Source: Geosiphon pyriformis uo1 | Lineage: Eukaryota > Fungi > Glomeromycota | NCBI GenBank assembly: GCA_016748015.1 | Contig: JAAOMT010000697.1 | Coordinates: forward strand, 1,011,152 to 1,075,151 | Direction: 5' to 3' | Length of the DNA stretch: 64,000 nucleotides | Part shown: positions 24,481 through 37,600 of the stretch, one piece after another | Layout of the letters: every line of letters begins with the position of its first letter | Position numbering within the stretch: position 1 is the first letter of the stretch | The notes under the pieces: model-generated | Told to the model about the DNA's origin: nothing | The model's database searches: none | The model's input: only the letters and a program-made list of their open reading frames with translations | Made by a program: the position numbers and the translations under genes

Positions 24481-27400
24481 TTTTTTCTCTCCTTCATCTC
24501 AAATTTCTGAAAAAGAGTCATAAATTTGAAAAAAGTTTTTCTGTTTTTTATATACTGTCTTCTACTATTTCACAAAAAACAAACTCTTTCATTGTCAGTC
24601 CAGCTGCCACTATGAGTGGCCCTAGTGTTAAGAGAAGGTCAGCCAGAGTTTCAACTACTGGTTTGGTTGGTGGTGGTTCAGGTCATAAAATCAAGAAACC
24701 TCCTGGTGGTGCTAAGCTCTTGAGTAGTAATGCAACTCTTGAAAGTGGTAGATCTGGTCGTGTGGTTGGAGAGTTTAATGGCATGGATACTGATGGTGAA
24801 GCTTCCGAAGGTGAAGAAGTACCTGATTTCAAGATGAATATGTCTCAAGCCAAGCATTTCAATAATGATGCGACTGTTGGCTCCCCTCTCAGCTCTATTA
24901 ATTATGACATAGAAGAAGAAGAGGAAGTTTCCCTTTCCCCCTGTATGTTTTTCTCTTTGAATAAGGTGTGAGTGGATCCCAAAATCATTAAAACTCAAGT
25001 GGAAATGGCCGTGAAAAAATCATTCGCTTTGGACATTAATCTTTTGGCTGTAGAAGGGAAATCGACAATGGCCAAAACTCAGGTCATAAGAAAATTATTT
25101 TCAGGAATCAATGGTTTTGGGGGGGCCACTACCCCCTCAAAATTTGAAAGAATTATCTGATCAATGTTTACTTTGTCTGAGAGCATGGAAAAGACCGCAT
25201 TATTGGCCAGAGCAAATAACATCATAGTAAACAGTGATCTTAAGAGACAAGGAGTTCACTCAGATCAGGCTGTAGTCATCAAAGAGATTCCCATAGATAC
25301 ACCAAAGAAAATGATCATTGCCGCAGTATCTGTATTTGGGGAAATTAAATCAATCAAAATTCAGCTGATCGGAATGTGGCAGAAGGCTGTGGTGGAATTT
25401 GCCAAATCAGGACAGGCAGAGCAATTGGCTTCAAAATGGTCCTTCTTAATTGGGAAAGATTCTGTGCATGTAGCAAAAGCCGTGAGAGATCACAATATCT
25501 GGGCCTCTAGGGATTGTTTTAGGGTGCTTCTGTTTACATTACCAGTAGGAACAACTGCACATGATCTTAGTAATCTGCTGGATAGAACTAGTGGCAGAAC
25601 TTGCATCATTAATTGTTCATTGGACACTGGCAATAGAGTTCATTGTGCTGTGGTTGGCTTTGAATCTGAGAATGATCTGAATTCCACTTTCCTCACTAAG
25701 CCTGTTTTTGGTGGTGTTCATCTTTCTTGGGCTAAGTTGGATTTGGTTTGGTGTGGAAAATGTGGGCATCTTGGTCATTTGGCTTTGGAGTGTGATGCAT
25801 CAGATATGTCATCTTCTGATCTTTTGAATATTTTTAATAAGAGATGTGCTTCTGGTGTGGACTGCCTTCAGTTGGCCAAGTTATACGCGAAAAAAAATGT
25901 TCCTATATCTCATTCTGCTGCCTTTGGTAGCAAGTCATGGATCCAGGTAGTCTCTCTTGCTTCCCCTTCTGGTGGCTCTCCTTCTGGTTCTGGTCTTGGT
26001 GTTGGTTTTCCTTTTCATACAACCTCAGATTTGGGCAGTGGTCCTCCCTCCTTTACAATCACTGATTCTTCTTTGAATGCTCGCTTGGCATCTTTGGAAC
26101 ACTCTCTTGAGTTATTGGCTGACCAAGTTTCTGGTATTTTAAGAAAATTGAGTTTTGTTGAATTGGTGCTCATGGTTCCATCTTCTGGTGCCCCTCTTTT
26201 GGTTGGCTCTATGCCTTTGGCCCCTGTTTTGGATTTTGACATGGCTCTGAATGGTAAGCTGGCATCATCCAATCCCCATTTTCCAAGTGTTGATATGGAT
26301 GCTGGCTTTAATTCGAGTAGTTCGAAGATTCTAACTACCAAGGTGGATGGTTTAGAGTCTAAGATGTCGGCTCTGGAGGCTTCTGTCAGTTCTGTTTTGG
26401 CTAGATTAGATCTTTTGTGTTCTGGTTCAGGTTCATTGGCTCTCCTTTTTTTTCAATGAATCAGTTGGTTTGAAAGTTTGCTACTTGTAATGTTTGAGGC
26501 TTGAATAACTCTGCTAAACAGGCAGATGTTGTTTGCTGGCACTTTGATATGGGTAATTTGGTTTCAATTTTCACAGAATCTAAACTTAAAGATAAGGTTA
26601 GACTGTGAATTGCTGACAAGTTTAATAGTATTTGAGTGTTCACTTCTGGTTTGGATTCTGGTTGTCTTGGTTCTGGTGTGGCAATTGTCATGAACAATTC
26701 TTTGGCTAAACACGTTTACAAGATTTCTGAGGTGTCTGGTTGGCTTCTTTCCATCAGACTTCTCTTCAAGAATAAGCTTTCGGTTTCTGTTTTGGGTCTC
26801 TATGCTGGTGCTTCTTCGAGTGTTCGATTCTCACAGGCTGGCGACATCAATTCTTTGATTGCTAAGGCAGTAAATGAATCATCTTTTGTAGTCTTGGGTG
26901 GTGACTTCAATGAAGATGGCACTCGTAAGAGTGCCAGTTTCAAAAAATGTTCTGATTTGGGTCTGGTTAATGCCTTGAGTGAAAGTGTGCTTACTAAGAT
27001 GCCAACATGGGGTAACTCTCATGGTGTTGTCAAGACTATTGACTATATGTTGATCTCTTCAAGCTTGATCAATGCTGTGGTGGATTGTGATATGACTGGT
27101 GTTAAGAACTTTTTTGATACTGATCATAAGGCTGTTTCTGTTTCTGTGGGCTTGGGTGGCTTGCTTGACTCTTAGCTGAACTTAATGCACAAGCAGACTA
27201 ATAAAGATTGTTGGAAGTTCAATTTTGGAGATGCTGGCGAGAAAGGATGGAACAATTTTAAGGATGCTATGTTGACCAATAGCATAATGTGCTCGAGTGA
27301 TTTCACTGCCTCTGTGGAATCTTCAGATTTGGATGCTATGTGGGACATTGTGCACAAAATAATGATTCTCTCAGTGGTTAGAACATTCAAAAAGAAATGG

Positions 27401-30400
27401 TTTAAGAGTTATGATAAGGTTTTTACCAAGAGTTCTTCTAGGTTTCACAAGCTTGAGTTGCTTGTGTCCAAGCTGATTAAGGCATCTCGTTTGTTGTCTA
27501 GTGTAGAATTTGTGTTGTTGTTAAATATGTGAGAGAGACTCGATGTCAATAGTGCTTCGGTGGTAAAGTCTTTGTTTCTGTCAGGTTTCAATTTTAACAT
27601 GATTTGTTCAGCTCTGGCTAAGGCGAGGAAGTCTTACCACTCTGCTAAGTTGCTGGAATCCAGACATACTGAGGAATCCTGTATTAGGGCAGTTATTGAT
27701 AGAAGGATGGAGCATTTTGAATCAGACAAAGATCGCACCATCAGAAGTGTTTTGGAGTATCCCTTTCGCAAAGTGGTACTGGATCATCTAGTTGTAGGTG
27801 ATGAGTTGATTTTGGAGCCCAGCTTAGTCAAAGCTAGGGTGAATGGAATCATGGAAGGCTGGACCAAAAAGCGCAAGATGGTGCCTAATATCTCTGATAA
27901 TTGGTCTCGCCAATACAAGCCTTTGGAGTATGTTTTTAATGGTGTGTTTTCTGGTGTAATGTGTTTTATTGGTTTCAATGAGTTGTTTAGTGTGGTTTCT
28001 GGTCTGTCTGAAGGCAAGGCTGCTGGTCTCTCTGGGATTTCAAACAAGCTCTGGAAACACTGTGACAAATCAATTTTGGATATGCTTTTGATGCTTCTAA
28101 ATTCTTGTTTGATTCATGAGTTTGTGCCTAGTGCTTGGAAGGAAGCTTGGGTCTCAATGATTCCTAAGCCATATGAGTGGAAAGGAGTTTTTACAAACAC
28201 TCAACCTATTGCCTTGATTGAGACTGCCTGCAAGATTCTCTCCAAGATTCTTTCAGATAGGATCTTGTTGGCTTGTAGTACTTTTGATGTTCTGCATAGG
28301 GACAATTTTTTGGTTTTGAAAAGCACAATGACACAGTCTCCCATTTTTGCCATTGGTTTAGTTATTGAGGATGCTTTGGAGAAGAATTGTGAGCTCTGGT
28401 TGGTATTGCAGGACATGCGGAAAGCTTATGATTCTGTTGGGTGGGAACACCTTCGGAACAGTTTGGTTAGGATAAAAATGTGCAGCAGGTTTATTAGGTT
28501 TTTTGGTGGCATCCACAATGGTCGCGTCAACAGGGTTATGACAGATTTTGGTTTGACAGATGGGTATGAGGTGCATGATGGCTTGGACCAGGGAGAGGTG
28601 TTCTCACCACTCTTTTGGCACATCTTTTATGATCCTCTTTTGTGTGAAGTTAAGAAGCAGGCAGATGAGTGTAGTTACAGATTGAATTCTCATTTTATTT
28701 CCGGATGTGGTCGTACTGAGTCTCGGGCTGATGTATCTTCATTTTTTGCAGTGAGTGCCTTTGTTGATAATACTATATGGGTTGGCAGCAGTCGAAGTGC
28801 TACACAGCACATTCTTACCGTTGCTAGTGAATTTTTTGATATCAATGACATCTCGATTAATAATGATAAAACTGTTGTCATCCTCATCAATTGTGATAGT
28901 ATGGCTTCCTCTTTGTTGATCAGTGGGTTACCTATTTCTATTGCCAAGAAGCGGGAATTGCATTGCTATTTGGGGATCTATTTGTCAACTGAGGGTTTTT
29001 CGAAGCTTAGCTTGGCTAAAGCACATTCTGATGTCTGGTTTTTTTCTAATTTGGTCCTAAAAAAGGCAGTGTTTGATAAGCAGTTTTCATATTTGGTTTT
29101 GGCAGTCCTCTTTCTTATTGTTGGATATAGAATACAGTTCAGTTATGTTTCTATTAGTGCTTGTAAAAAATGGAACACTTTGATTCATAGGGGCTTAAGA
29201 TCTAAGTCTGGTTTGCTGCATAATTTCTCCAATGATGCGATTCATCATCTCTTTCTGTATGGTTTGAAGACTTTTGAACAGGTTCAGGCTGAGAGTAAAT
29301 TGGCTTCGGTCGTTTCTTTTGCGAACTCTGTTGAGATTTTGGGGTGTCTATTTTCTCACTGGTCGCATGATCTGCAAGTCCTCTGCTGGTGTCCACTACA
29401 TCCTTTGCAGTGTCCAGTCCATGTAAAGATCAATCCTCTTAATAATTTTCTGGCAGGTGTGGTGCATATTTTTTCTGGGTATGATTTGTCATTGGGTGGC
29501 TCTCTGGTTAGCGCTTTTCGTTGGCAAGGTGGAACTCTTATGTCCCTTGTTCTTGGTGAATTGAATTATGTCAAGAGTGTCTCTTCACTTTGGTGTTATG
29601 GGATTGCTTTTGTGGATCAGCTGCGGGACCAAAATGAGGCTGTTTTCGAATGGAAGACCTTCAAATAATGGAAGCAGTTGGACCCATGTGGTCCGGTTCC
29701 TGCTTGGTTTGAGCTGTCCGTTCAGTTTCTCGATGGTGTGTCTTCTCTTCCTGTTTGTTCTATGCTTTTGGCTGGTAATGCCTTTTTAGATGTTCTTTAG
29801 TCTCGTGAGTTTGGCATCATTGGTGCCAGTTTGTTTGATTCTAATGTTGGTCATCTTTCCATTTATACAGATGGATCTCTAAGTGATTTAGGGACAGTCA
29901 ATATGAAAGCTAAAGCTGCTGTTTTCTTTGAGGACATTGGTATGGGTTTGGGTGTAGGGGTATCTGGTTTGATGTCTTTTACCTTGACAGAACTGAAGGC
30001 CATTGCTCTGGTGCTCGAATGCGTTCCTTCTTCTCGCTCAATCGACTTGTTCTCAGACAGTCAGGCTGCTTTGGATGCTTGCAAGTTGCCTGGATTTTAG
30101 GAATTGGTGTTGGATTGAATGCTGTCATATTGTGAATATTATTCATCATAAGAATTTAAAAGTTAATTGGTGCAAGGTTAAAGGACACTTAGGGGTTTCA
30201 GGCAATGAACGGGCTGATAAATTGGCCAAAACTGCAGCTCTCTCTGGTTGGCATCTGCCCCATTCTGTCAATGAACGCTATCTTAGAGGTGGTGGTGCAG
30301 CCATTTCTGGTAATTCTAGGCATTTTGTTCAAAATGTTTTTCAGTCTGTTCATCATGCGCATTGGGAAATCAGTTGTGATACTGGAGTGGTGGCAGGTAG

Positions 30401-31237
30401 TCTGCATACAGATATTGATTGGTTTAGGTCATTGCTGGTTTGGCATCTGGATTCTCATATGGCTGCTGGCTTTACTAGCAAGCGGACGGCTGGTTTATTT
30501 TATGAAGGCATTGCACCATCGGCTCCCTGTCACAGTACATAAGTGGCTTTATGATAAGCACTACCCTAGTGTGGTGTGTTTGTTCTGTGGTAATGTTGAG
30601 GTCTCAGACCATGTTTTTTCTTGTCCATTTGATGCCGATGGTCGTGTTCAGTTGTTGAATGCTCATGTGGCAGTTTGGGGTGTGTGCTCTGGTCTGATTC
30701 ATTCTTCCTCAGGTGTCTTGCGGCTGTTGTCCACTTGTGTATCTAACGTTTCAGTTAGTATTGCTCTGTGCAAGAGTTTTGTTTTTAAGAATTGGTTTTG
30801 TGAGTCTGTTTCTGTCTTCAAGGATTCCAGGAAAGCAAGTCAGAACATTGTGGCCTTTGTGCGTGAGTTCAGCTTGGCTTTTTGGGAAGACATTTGGTTG
30901 GTTTGCGCCAAGCACCACGCATTCATGGAAAAAAATGGGCTTATTCCGTACAATGAGTCTGCTCCTATCCCAATTTCTGGGCTTTCTTTAAGGCTGTTAT
31001 CTGGTGTGATCCAGCTGCTGGGTGTTGCTGAGGCGATTGGTGTTGGTTTTGGGTTCCGTAAGTCTTGTTTGTTTTTTTCAGACATAGGAGGTGAAGTCTC
31101 TGTTCATATAGGTGCTTAGTGTTGTCCTGATTGGTCCGAGTGGCTGGTCACATGTAGATATTGCATGATTCACACCTAGTTTAGATCATTTATATAATGT
31201 ATTGCATTAGGCAGTATATAGACTTTACTTATTAAAT

Positions 31238-31292
<55 letters not shown>
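24481..31292 (+). mobile_element. LINE copy C, full length with poly(A) tail, degenerate
   Basis: ORF1 24612-26459 (CGKCGHLGHLALEC knuckle) and ORF2 26456-31119 (APE, RT, RNase H, CLFCGNVEVSDHVFSC). 3' UTR followed by an A-run at 31242-31292. Confidence 0.95.
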
Positions 31293-31295
<3 letters not shown>

Positions 31296-33831
31296 AAAAA
31301 ATCTTAAAAAATTAAAAATATATAATTTAAAAATACATATCTGTATTTCATAATAGTAGTTAATTTTATTTTTTATTTTTATTTATATATGTTTAATATA
31401 TCTTATAGTATTATTTATTATTATTATTTTAAAATAATAATGTACTTAAAAATTACAGAATTTTATATTTAATAATACTTATTTAATAATATAATAATAA
31501 GTAAAAAGACAATAATATAATTATAAATATTTGTTGTTTTATAAACTAAAAATTAACAAAAAATTATTTAAATAAAATATTAATATTAAATTTCTTAACT
31601 ATACTCAAATTTATAATATTTATTTTATATTATAAATATAATAAAAATAAAAAATAAACTTTTTTCTCTCTTACTTCTCAAATTCTCCAAAAAGAAAATT
31701 TTTGAAAAGAAGTTTTTTGTTTTTCTCTTATTATTTCTTGCAAATATTTCTTAATCAAATAATTCTTTTATAATAAACCTGACTGCTGCTTTAGGTAGTT
31801 CTATGTTTAAGAAAAAAAGCATCTAAGAGAAGTCTACATGGTTCTGTTGGTGATTCTTTTTCCCAAAAAAAAAGTTTCAGTTGGTAATATCAAGCATTTC
31901 AGAGACAAGAAAAATATTTTTCTAGTCAAATCTAGTTCTAATGGTAGTGTTTATTCAGATATGGACAGCATTTTCAGTAATAGTAGAAATAATAATATTT
32001 CATTGAGTGTTAGTAGTGATTTTCTTCTCAGTTCAGTAGCAAACACTCCTAAAGCTAAAAAAATTAATACTGGTCTGGTTTGTGGCTTTCCTCTTGATTC
32101 AATTGATTATGGCATAGATGAAAATGGTAAACTCCTCCCTTCTTTTCTTAAAATATTTCTAAATAGAAAATGGGTTAACCCAAAAATTATCAAAACTTAG
32201 GTTAAAGTATTCATCAAAAAATTCTTTGCTCTTAATATTGATCTTAGTACTGTGGAAGAAAAATCTGTTATGGCAAAGACTTAGGCTGTGAGAAAACTTT
32301 TTTTATCAATCAATGGTTTTGGGGAAGCCACTACCCCCTCAAAATTTGAAAAAATCATCTGATCTATCTTTACTTCAGAACAAAACATGGTTGTAACTGC
32401 TTCATTGGTCAGAAAGAAAGGAATCAATGTAAACAGCAATCTTAAGAGACAAAGAATAAGATCAAATTGGGCTGTAATAATCAAAAAAATTCTCATGGAC
32501 ACACTTAAGAATATAATTGTTACTATAATATTTGAATTTAGAGAGATTAAGTTAATTAAAATTCAATTGATTAAGATGTGACAGAAAACTGTAGTAGAGT
32601 TTGCTAAATTAGATCAAGTTGATTAGTTGGTCTCAAGATGGTTATTTCTAATTGAAAAAAATTCTGTGCATGTAGCCAAGACTGTGAAAAATCATGAAAT
32701 TTGGGTATCTAGAGATCAGTTCAAAGCACTTCTATTTACTTTGCCAGTAGGAACAACTACACATAATCTTGGAACTTTTTTGGAAGGGGCTGGTAGAAAA
32801 ACTTGCATCATTAATAGATCTATAAAAACTGGTAATAGGGTTTACTGTGCTGTAATTGGTTTTGACTCCAATAAAAATTTGGAATCTGCCTTTTACACAA
32901 AGCCAATCTTCAGTAAAATAAGACTTTCTTGGACTAGAATAAATTTGGTTTGTTATAAGAAGTGTGGGCATTTTGGATATTTGGCTCTCAAATGTGATAT
33001 ATCAGATATATCTGTGCTGTTATCATTAAAAAAATTCTATAAAAGAATTGCTTTTAAAGGAGTTTGCTTTTAGCTTACCAAGTTGTATGAGAAAAAAAGT
33101 GTTCCAATTTTTTGCTCTGCTGTTTTTGGTAACAAATCTTGGGTCCAAGTGGTCTTATTTGCTGGTTTGCTTGGTAGTTCTCACTTTAGTTCTGGTCTTG
33201 GTTTTTTTTCTTTTGGTGTTTCAAGCTCAAATAGTACTTTTCCTTCTATTTCTGCTAATAACTCTTTTCTAAATGCTCATTTGGTCTTCTTGGAACAATC
33301 CTTGAAACTTTTAACAAATCAAGTTTCTGGTATTGTGCACAAGCTCAGCAATTTGAAATTAATGCTTCAGACTTTTATTTCTTTCTTCTTAGTTTTGGCT
33401 ATCCCAATGGCTACCAATTTGGATTTGGGTTCAACAATGATTTTGGATGGCCCCAAGTTGGTGCCTCCACTTCCCTCTTTTATTACCTCTGATGTCTTAG
33501 TTCTGGATCCAAGTAATTTAAAAGTGCTGACTACTAAAATGGGCTTTTTAGAATCTAAGTTAGTGGCTCTTAATGCCTCTGTTGATTCAGTGTTGGTAAA
33601 ATTAGATCAATTGTGTACTGGATTGAGTTCTCAAGTGCCTTCCTTTTCCCAATGAGTGATTTGATCTAAAAGATTGTTACATACAATGTTTATAGTATCA
33701 ATGTGCTGGCTAAGCAAGAAAATATTGTGTATTGACACATAAACTCTGGTAATATAATTTTGATAATCACTAAAACAAAGTTAAAATCTAGTATTAAACT
33801 TTAAATTATAAGCAAATTTGATAGTGTGCAG

Positions 33832-34665
33832 TATTAGTCATAGAAATATAGGAAATATATTAGCATAATTAGTAGCCAATCAGAAGTAGGTGTAGTAAAT
33901 GAGGAATTCCAGAATTCCTCTCAGGAATTGCAGGATTCCAGAAATTTCAGGATTCTCTGACAAGAAATTGCAAGATTCTAGGAATTCCAGAATTCCTGTC
34001 ATAAAGAATTGAGGAATATTAATTATGTATATATAGCAGTAGGATTAAAAGCTGAAAAGACAGACCTCCCAGTTTAGATTTAATCTAAGCAACTTTCCAG
34101 TTCCCAATCATCAAATAAAATAATTATTCAATATTTCAACCCATTCTTTACTATCAACACTTCATGTTGATAGTAATTGATACTTAACCATGCTGGAACA
34201 ATAGCTCTTGATCACGGCTATTGACAAGATACTAATGTACTAAATTGCCTTGGCTTATTTTCTCTATTTTTTTTATTTTATTTTCTTTATTTTATTTTCT
34301 TTCTTTTTTTGATTTTGTTGTCATATGCTAATTGATTAAAAGATTAAGCACTGAGTTATTGATGTCAAGAATAGCCTGGTAAAAGACCCAGAAATAAGGG
34401 TAGGATTTTATATATTATTGGATAGCTTACCAGAAGGACATGACTGCCAGACTAAATTCGGCCACCACACTGAAAAAGAAATTGAGAAAACTTTTAAAAA
34501 GATACATCTACCATCAACACTATTGAATCTCTGTCTATTATACAAAAGACTCCATCAAAACTTTCAGATACAACACTTGCAGAACCTCATCCATGGAAGT
34601 AGCTTTTGAGCACCAAGTTACAGATTTGGTATTTAATTCAACAGCAGAAATAATCACCTGTAACA
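33832..34665 (+). repeat. 5' LTR of Gypsy C
   Basis: Direct repeat of 43044-43863; ends CCTGTAACA. Confidence 0.96.
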
Positions 34666-34667
34666 TT

Positions 34668-34684
34668 TGGTGCTTTCTGTGAGG
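34668..34684 (+). promoter_or_regulatory. Primer-binding site of Gypsy C
   Basis: TGGTGCTTTCTGTGAGG is the complement of CCTCACAGAAAGCACCA. This resembles the 3' end of an elongator Met or Ile tRNA. Confidence 0.75.
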
Positions 34685-37600
34685 TATAATTCTACAGAGA
34701 ACCAGCACCGACAACACCAAACCAAAAGTGGCAGAATCAGAAATAATAAGGACAAACCATCTAGGATTTGCAAAATCCTTATTTTAACAGTACAGCCAGC
34801 AGCTAGGCCTAAACAACAACCATTACCCAGCAGAATCAGCTTTCAATTTCTACATCAATGAAAGAATCACAGATTTTCTAGGAAGACCAGTTGACATTGA
34901 ATCAACAAGAGAAAATTTCTATTCGAAACTAATTCAACACACCAACTTACCCAAAAATCACAGCTTCACACCCATCATTAGAGAAATCAACCAAGAAATT
35001 GAAAGATATACACAAAAGACATTCTCTATTACTTACTAGAACAAAGGCAAAGGAAAACTACAGACACCAGCAGTAACACCCAAAGGAATACAAATTCCTA
35101 ATTAGAAAAAACAAAGAATTGAATCTCTGATATACCCATTATACCATCACACACCTGGAAGTACCATCAACATCACATCAGTAGACACATCCACCAGTAC
35201 AAAAATGCTGCTAGCAAGAATCGCATTTCAGATTAAACAAAAGAAAAATGAACTATTAGGAGCATATGGCGATTATTTTAAAGGATTTAAATCGAGGTCG
35301 CCAACACCATTAGGATTTTGATTACTGCCTCATCAGCCAGATTTTGGAACCATTAGTCTCTGGGAAATTACTGAATCAGAAGAAGAAGAAGACAAGAATC
35401 AGGAATTTAATTATCAAAACCTGATCCTAGAAGACCTAAACATTCAAACTCAGCAATATTTAGAAAATTTGGAAATTGAAACTCCGAATATTCAAACTTC
35501 ACCAAATCAAAGAAATCAAAACCCTGAGTTAATTTATTAGCAAAATCTACCTCCAGTTATTGTCATTGATCAACCACCAATTGAGCTGATTGGTGAGCCA
35601 ATTCAACCACCTCAAGTACCACCCCAACAACTGTTACCTCTTCAACAACTACTTCAACAGCCACCACAACCACCTAACTTAGATCCAATGGCCTATGCAC
35701 CAATCATAAAACTTGACAACTTTACTGGTGAAGAGGATGATGCTCAAGTATGGCTGAATGATGTAGAAAAGGCCATCGCAGCCAACGGATGGAATAACGC
35801 CTGGACAATGTAAGCCATTCCCTACTTTCTCAAGGATACTGCTGATTCATGGTACCAGAGCTTGATTAATAAACCACAAGATTTTGATGCCTTCAAAGTG
35901 GAATTCCTAAGATACTTCAGCAACAATAACAGCATCAATTGCCTAGTCAACATGTTCATTACCATGAAACAAGGAGAAACTGAAGCAGTTACTACCTACC
36001 TGGGACACTTCCATTGAAATCTGCGCCAAATACAGGCAATTAACACCCACTATTTCACAGCCCCACAGATACTCAACTAGTTTATCCGTGGTCTGTGCAG
36101 CAGCATCTTGCAACATGTATGTCCATTGCATCCAGGCACCCTTCAGGATGCAGTCACATGCACCAGAGATTTTGAATCCACTGAGTCAGAGGCTAATCAT
36201 GTCCAAGCTGTTAATCTAGTAATGAACGGATCATTTGAATTGGATTCCAAATTGGAGAAGTTCAGTGAATCAATTAATAAGAGATTGGAAGAATACTTAG
36301 CTGACAATCACGCCATTTATCAGTCTCCACAATAATGTAATAATCAAGAAAACTCTAATCGTGCTCAAAATCAGTTACATTCATCTTCATTGACCAATTA
36401 ACAGTGGCAACAGGAAATGCATATCTGCCACTATTGTGGTAAACAAAGACATATCCAAATTGACTGTCGTCAGCATTTAAATAACCAATGATCGGGAAAC
36501 CAATATCAAAACTCCGATTGCCAGTCCCAAACTCCGAATCAGTACCCAAATCAAAACCCATCTGCTTACCTACCAGTAATGCAGTCATTAATCTATCAAT
36601 CTCCAGTATATCAAGCTCCAATCTATCAACTGCAGCCACAAGTAATTTATCAACAACTGCAGTCACAAATAATCTATCAACTCCAACAAATCTAAACACC
36701 ACCCCAAAGCATACCACCCAATGGAATCCAAAGACCGAGAATGACTCAACAGAGCTGGAGATCAGTGATGGTAGTCTATCAACTGATCCCCAGTTTTTTA
36801 CAGCAACCATCTGGATTACACCAGAGGAATTCGGGTGCTGGTTAACCTCAGAACCCAAATTCCCAAAACTATTTAAGTCTCCTGGTCACCCCAGAAGACG
36901 CCTCAACCAATAACCTGGCATTTACCCAAAAACAACCACTCACTAGTAATATCTCACCCACTACCATCACTGAAGACAAGTCTTTGGCTGCTATCTTCCC
37001 ATTCAAATTTGAGGAAACAACTATAATGTCATTATTTAGTTGAGCCGCTCTTGAAGCCAAACCAATCACCACAATGTACACTGATGCCAAAGTCAAGGGA
37101 CAATTCATCAAATTGATCCTTAACAGCAGTTCAGCAGGCAGCATCATCACATGACAACTCATGGATCAATTAGATTACCGAGTTGATCAAGCTGCCAGTG
37201 CCAGAATCATTACAGCCAATGGAGCGATCAAAACTCCAATTGGCAAAATTGACAACTTCCCTTTCAAAGTCAATGGTATCATGACTCCTATTAAAGTTCT
37301 AGTGATGGAAGCCACCTAATACCAATCTCTTGTTGGTAATGACTGGCTATCTAAAGTCAATGCGACATTAGACTGGAACATCCAGGAACTCCAGCTAATA
37401 TATCAGGGCCGACACATACGTGTACCGGCCACATGTGGCCATTTCAAGACTCCTCCAAGAGAGAAACTATTGATCGAACTGGAGGAGGAAAAAGAAAAAC
37501 CTACTTGGGAAGCTTACCAAGTCTTCTGGACCGACGCCGACCACAACGAACTACTACCAATACTCTTGTAGAACAACAACCCTAAGGGAAAGCAAAAAGA

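Noticed and set aside
34371-34440. Resemblance of CCTGGTA/ACCAGA to the hairpin ribozyme, and of the LINE 3' UTR CTGA...GAAA to a hammerhead
   Set aside because: The required loop A (AGAA/NGUC) and the CUGANGA-GAAA-NUH core cannot be placed with correct topology.
34362-34690. Gag ORF starting inside the 5' LTR and reading through the PBS
   Set aside because: Several stops in that frame are shared by both LTRs (one also by LTR A), and one lies within the tRNA-complementary PBS. They are probably ancestral.
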